Of a stretch of 64,000 nt of DNA, positions 60,841-64,000 are shown piece after piece. The DNA is from Pristiophorus japonicus. Taxonomy: Eukaryota. The stretch lies in assembly GCF_044704955.1 (NCBI RefSeq), contig NC_091997.1, forward strand, positions 66,092,001-66,156,000, given 5' to 3'. Under the pieces are notes generated by a model. That model saw only the letters and a list, made by a program, of their open reading frames with translations, did not search any database and was not told the DNA's origin. The first letter of the stretch is position 1. Every line of letters begins with the position of its first letter. Made by a program: the position numbers and the translations under genes.

Positions 60841-63800
60841 GTGAGTTGCACAACTTCAACTTTGCACTCTTGTGTGAGGGCCGTCCCCGCCAGCAAATTG
60901 ATATCGGAAGTCCAGGGGCGCGAAGTGCAGGACTTCAGGATCATGAGGTGTCCGCGCCTGCATTTCCAGCAGGTGAAGCTGCCCGCTGGGGGCACAGAGT
61001 TTGGAAATTACTTGTTTAACGCTTGCTCTATTGTACAGAGGGAATGCTTTTTCCCTGCACCTCGTCCAAGGGCCCATTCTTCCTGTGTGAGCCTAGGCAG
61101 CAAGCAGGACAATATGAAACCTAACGCACCTGTTGGGAAAATGAGGAGATCAGGAGCATCGCAGGTTTGGCCTCCCGCCCGATTCTAGTCTCCATTGAAG
61201 AGACCAATATTGGGCGGGGTGTAAAACCCGGTCCCATGACATTCTCACCAGACAAGTTCCCATCACCCCAAGTTCCAGCATTTATTTAGTCATGAGTGCA
61301 TCATAGCAGAACCCGATCCTGTGAGGACTCACTGGTTATAAGCACGCTTTCTGCCACTGGATAAAGAAAGGGAAAATAAACTTGCATTTGTATAGCATCT
61401 TTCACGTCCCGAAGTGTTTTACAACCAATGAAGTACTTTAGAAGTGTAGTCACTGTTGTAATGTAGGAAATACAGCAGCCAGTTTGCGCACAGCAAGCTC
61501 CCACAAACAGCAATGCGATAAATGAACAGTTGATCTGTGTGTTTTTTTTTAAGTGTTGTTGGTTTAAAGATAAATGTTGGACACCAGGAGAATTCCACTG
61601 CTCTAATTCAAATAATGCTGTGGGATCTTTTGTGTCCATCTGAGAGAGCAGACGGAGGGTGGGGGTGGGGTAGGTGTGTGTGAGGGGCGGGGGGGAGTTT
61701 AGTGTCTAATCGTGAACCTCCAATAGTGCAGCACTAAAGTGTCAACCTGGATTTTGTGCTCAAGTCCCTGGAGTGGGGCTTGAACCACAACCTCCTGGCT
61801 CGGAGGCGAGAGCATGACCCACTGAGCCACAGCTAAAAGACATCAGAAATGCCAAGTGTGGTTAACTTTTTAAAATACTTCCTAGGCCAGAGCTGCTAAG
61901 ACCAATTGTAAAACCCTTGTCGCTGCCCCAGAAACTTTAACAATAGTTTGTGTTAGCTCTAGATCTTGCTCTTCGGCACTGACCATCAGGATTAATGACG
62001 AAAAGAAAAGGGTTGAAGGTCAAGCATTACTAACCCCATCTTCCGACACCCACTCCTCCCCATGGTTTAGTTAAACATTCCTTTTATCCCACTTCAGACA
62101 AGGCACTCTCTAGAAATGGGAGTGGGAACATTATTGTGTACGAGTTATATTTGTCTGGTCACTATGTGTAAACGTTGTTCCGTGTTTCTCAAAAAATTGT
62201 AAAGCCGTTCTAAAACAGAGTCGTAGGTCTCAGCACCTGTCGGCTCGCAAGGGCAAAGGGCAAGCTAAGAGTTTCTCTTCCTCCTCGCTGACCAAAGCAT
62301 GTGCACGTGAACGTGGGGCGAGTACAGGTTTGAGCTTGGCCGTGACGCTCGGCCTGATCAACACTTGACGTCTAGGTCCATGCAGTTGCAGTGCCCGCTT
62401 TGGAGAGGAGTTGGAGGGCAGCCAGCCCCTGTAGAACTGTACCCCGGCACGAGTCAGCACCTCCCAGAGAACTTGAGAGAAAAAGTCGGATAAGAATGTG
62501 TAGTAAATGTATGCACCACCAGTGCTTAATGCCAGTATTCACCTTAGCCAAAACAGCTTATCTGGTGATTTATCTTCTTTGCTGTTTATGGCATCTTGCT
62601 GTGCGCACGTGGGCTGCTGCGTTTGGCTATATACCAATAATGAGCGCACTTCAAAACAATGACCCTTTGGCTGTGAAGTGCTCTGGGATGTCTTGAGGAG
62701 ATGAAAGATTTAATTTAAATTGATTTTCTAAATGAACTCAGACGATCATATTAGGTGTACTGAAGGGACACCGGGGCTAAGTCACCACAGGAGTTGTCCC
62801 GATCACTTCAGAAACACTGGGAGGAGGGAGGGGGGAAGGAGGAAGAGAGAGGGGCGATGTCCGTTTCTCCGGGGTTTCCACGGATCTTCTGCCAAAGTAA
62901 TGATGGACAATCAGGAGAACCCCCGTGGAAACAGCTGGAGGTTATTCTGAAACTAATCAACGTGCTGCTGTTAACGTGCCGGCAATGCTGGAGATAGTAC
63001 TCAAACTTCATGTAAAGCACATCGTCAAACATAGCGTGCGGGGCAATCGTAGTATGGAACAGCCTCATTGTCTTTAGTCAGTGGCTATCGGACATGCATG
63101 GAAACCTATTACTATGTTTAAGAGTCTCCAGAGTAAACTACTGAGGAATCCACATAGGTGTTGACTCTTTGGTGCACCCTGTCTCCCTCCGAGGCCACAT
63201 CCCACTTAGCTGAGCCGCGAAAGAATGCTGCTGCAGATTAGCAAGAGCCAAGGCCCCACTGACCCCAAGCATGGGCAGGGGTTTATCCGGCTAACATTGC
63301 ACTGCTTGCCTGCACAGACCATTGGTGAGCATGCCCTTCGGGCACTGACTTGTACAGTTATCTGTGCTGTATCTCATAGAATCATAAAGCACGGAAGGAG
63401 GCCATTCGGCCCATCGTGCCTGTGCCAACTCTTTGAAGAGCTGTCCAATTAATCCCACTCATCCCTACTCTTTCCCTATAAATTTCTTTATTTCAAGTAT
63501 TTATCCAATTCCCTTCAGAAAGTTACTGTTGAATCTGCTTCCACCGCCCTTTCAGGCATTGCATACCCAGATCATAAAAGAAATGTCTCCTCATCTGCCC
63601 CCTGGCTTTTCTTTACCAATTATCTCTAAATCTGTGTCCTCTGGTTATCGACCGTCCCGCCTCTGGAAAGAGTTTCTCCCTATTTGGTCATGTGGAGAGA
63701 AAAAAGAGTAGCAAAGAATTGTAGCGTCACAGAATGAAGTAAGACATTAAATTAATTCGCAGGGTCTTTGGCTCAACTAATGACCGGTAGCTGAATCAAC

Positions 63801-64000
63801 AGGGGAGAATTTGGAGTGGGGGCATATCCGAGATAACGTAGGGCTACTTTTGTGGTCACTGCGTCGGTTCCTCTAAATGCCGCCCCCCTTTTCAGTAGCA
63901 TGCAGGCTGCAGGGACACTGAGATTGTCCCCATTTTGTTTGTGGAGGAATTTTTATTGGGGGAGGGGGGGAGGCGGGGGAGAAATCACCAATTCTCCACA

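Noticed and set aside
61886-62300. Possible further TTLL13 exons (61886-62018, ~62228 onward)
   Set aside because: Open frames and AG/GT sites exist but no conserved motif supports them.
62808-63068. 86-aa minus-strand ORF in unique sequence
   Set aside because: No recognisable domain or splice support.

Overview
Vertebrate genomic DNA, almost certainly from a shark or other elasmobranch (dense CR1/L2/RTE LINE fragments and Deu-domain tRNA SINEs). It carries the conserved CIB1-GDPGP1-TTLL13 neighbourhood: the first two coding exons of CIB1 (minus strand, left edge) with a probable CpG promoter at ~11.8 kb, the single-exon GDPGP1 CDS (minus), and at least 12 phase-compatible coding exons of a TTLL13/TTLL6-type tubulin polyglutamylase (plus), head-to-head with GDPGP1 across a promoter region rich in RFX X-boxes and phased CCAAT boxes. 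Repeats include a full-length but decayed Gypsy (Mag-like) LTR element with an internal 242-bp inverted duplication, a solo LTR, a Harbinger relic and several minisatellites. The most unusual structure is at 20277-22469: seven 3' ends of a Tx1-clade non-LTR retrotransposon, of three sequence variants, stacked head-to-tail at one nucleotide position inside a CR1 ORF2 and separated by eight copies of the duplicated target CCTTGTGCATGAAAC. This points to a sequence-specific retrotransposon that parasitises another LINE; its 3' RNA stem-loop is conserved by compensatory changes. All calls come from reading the sequence and recalled protein families; no database search was run.
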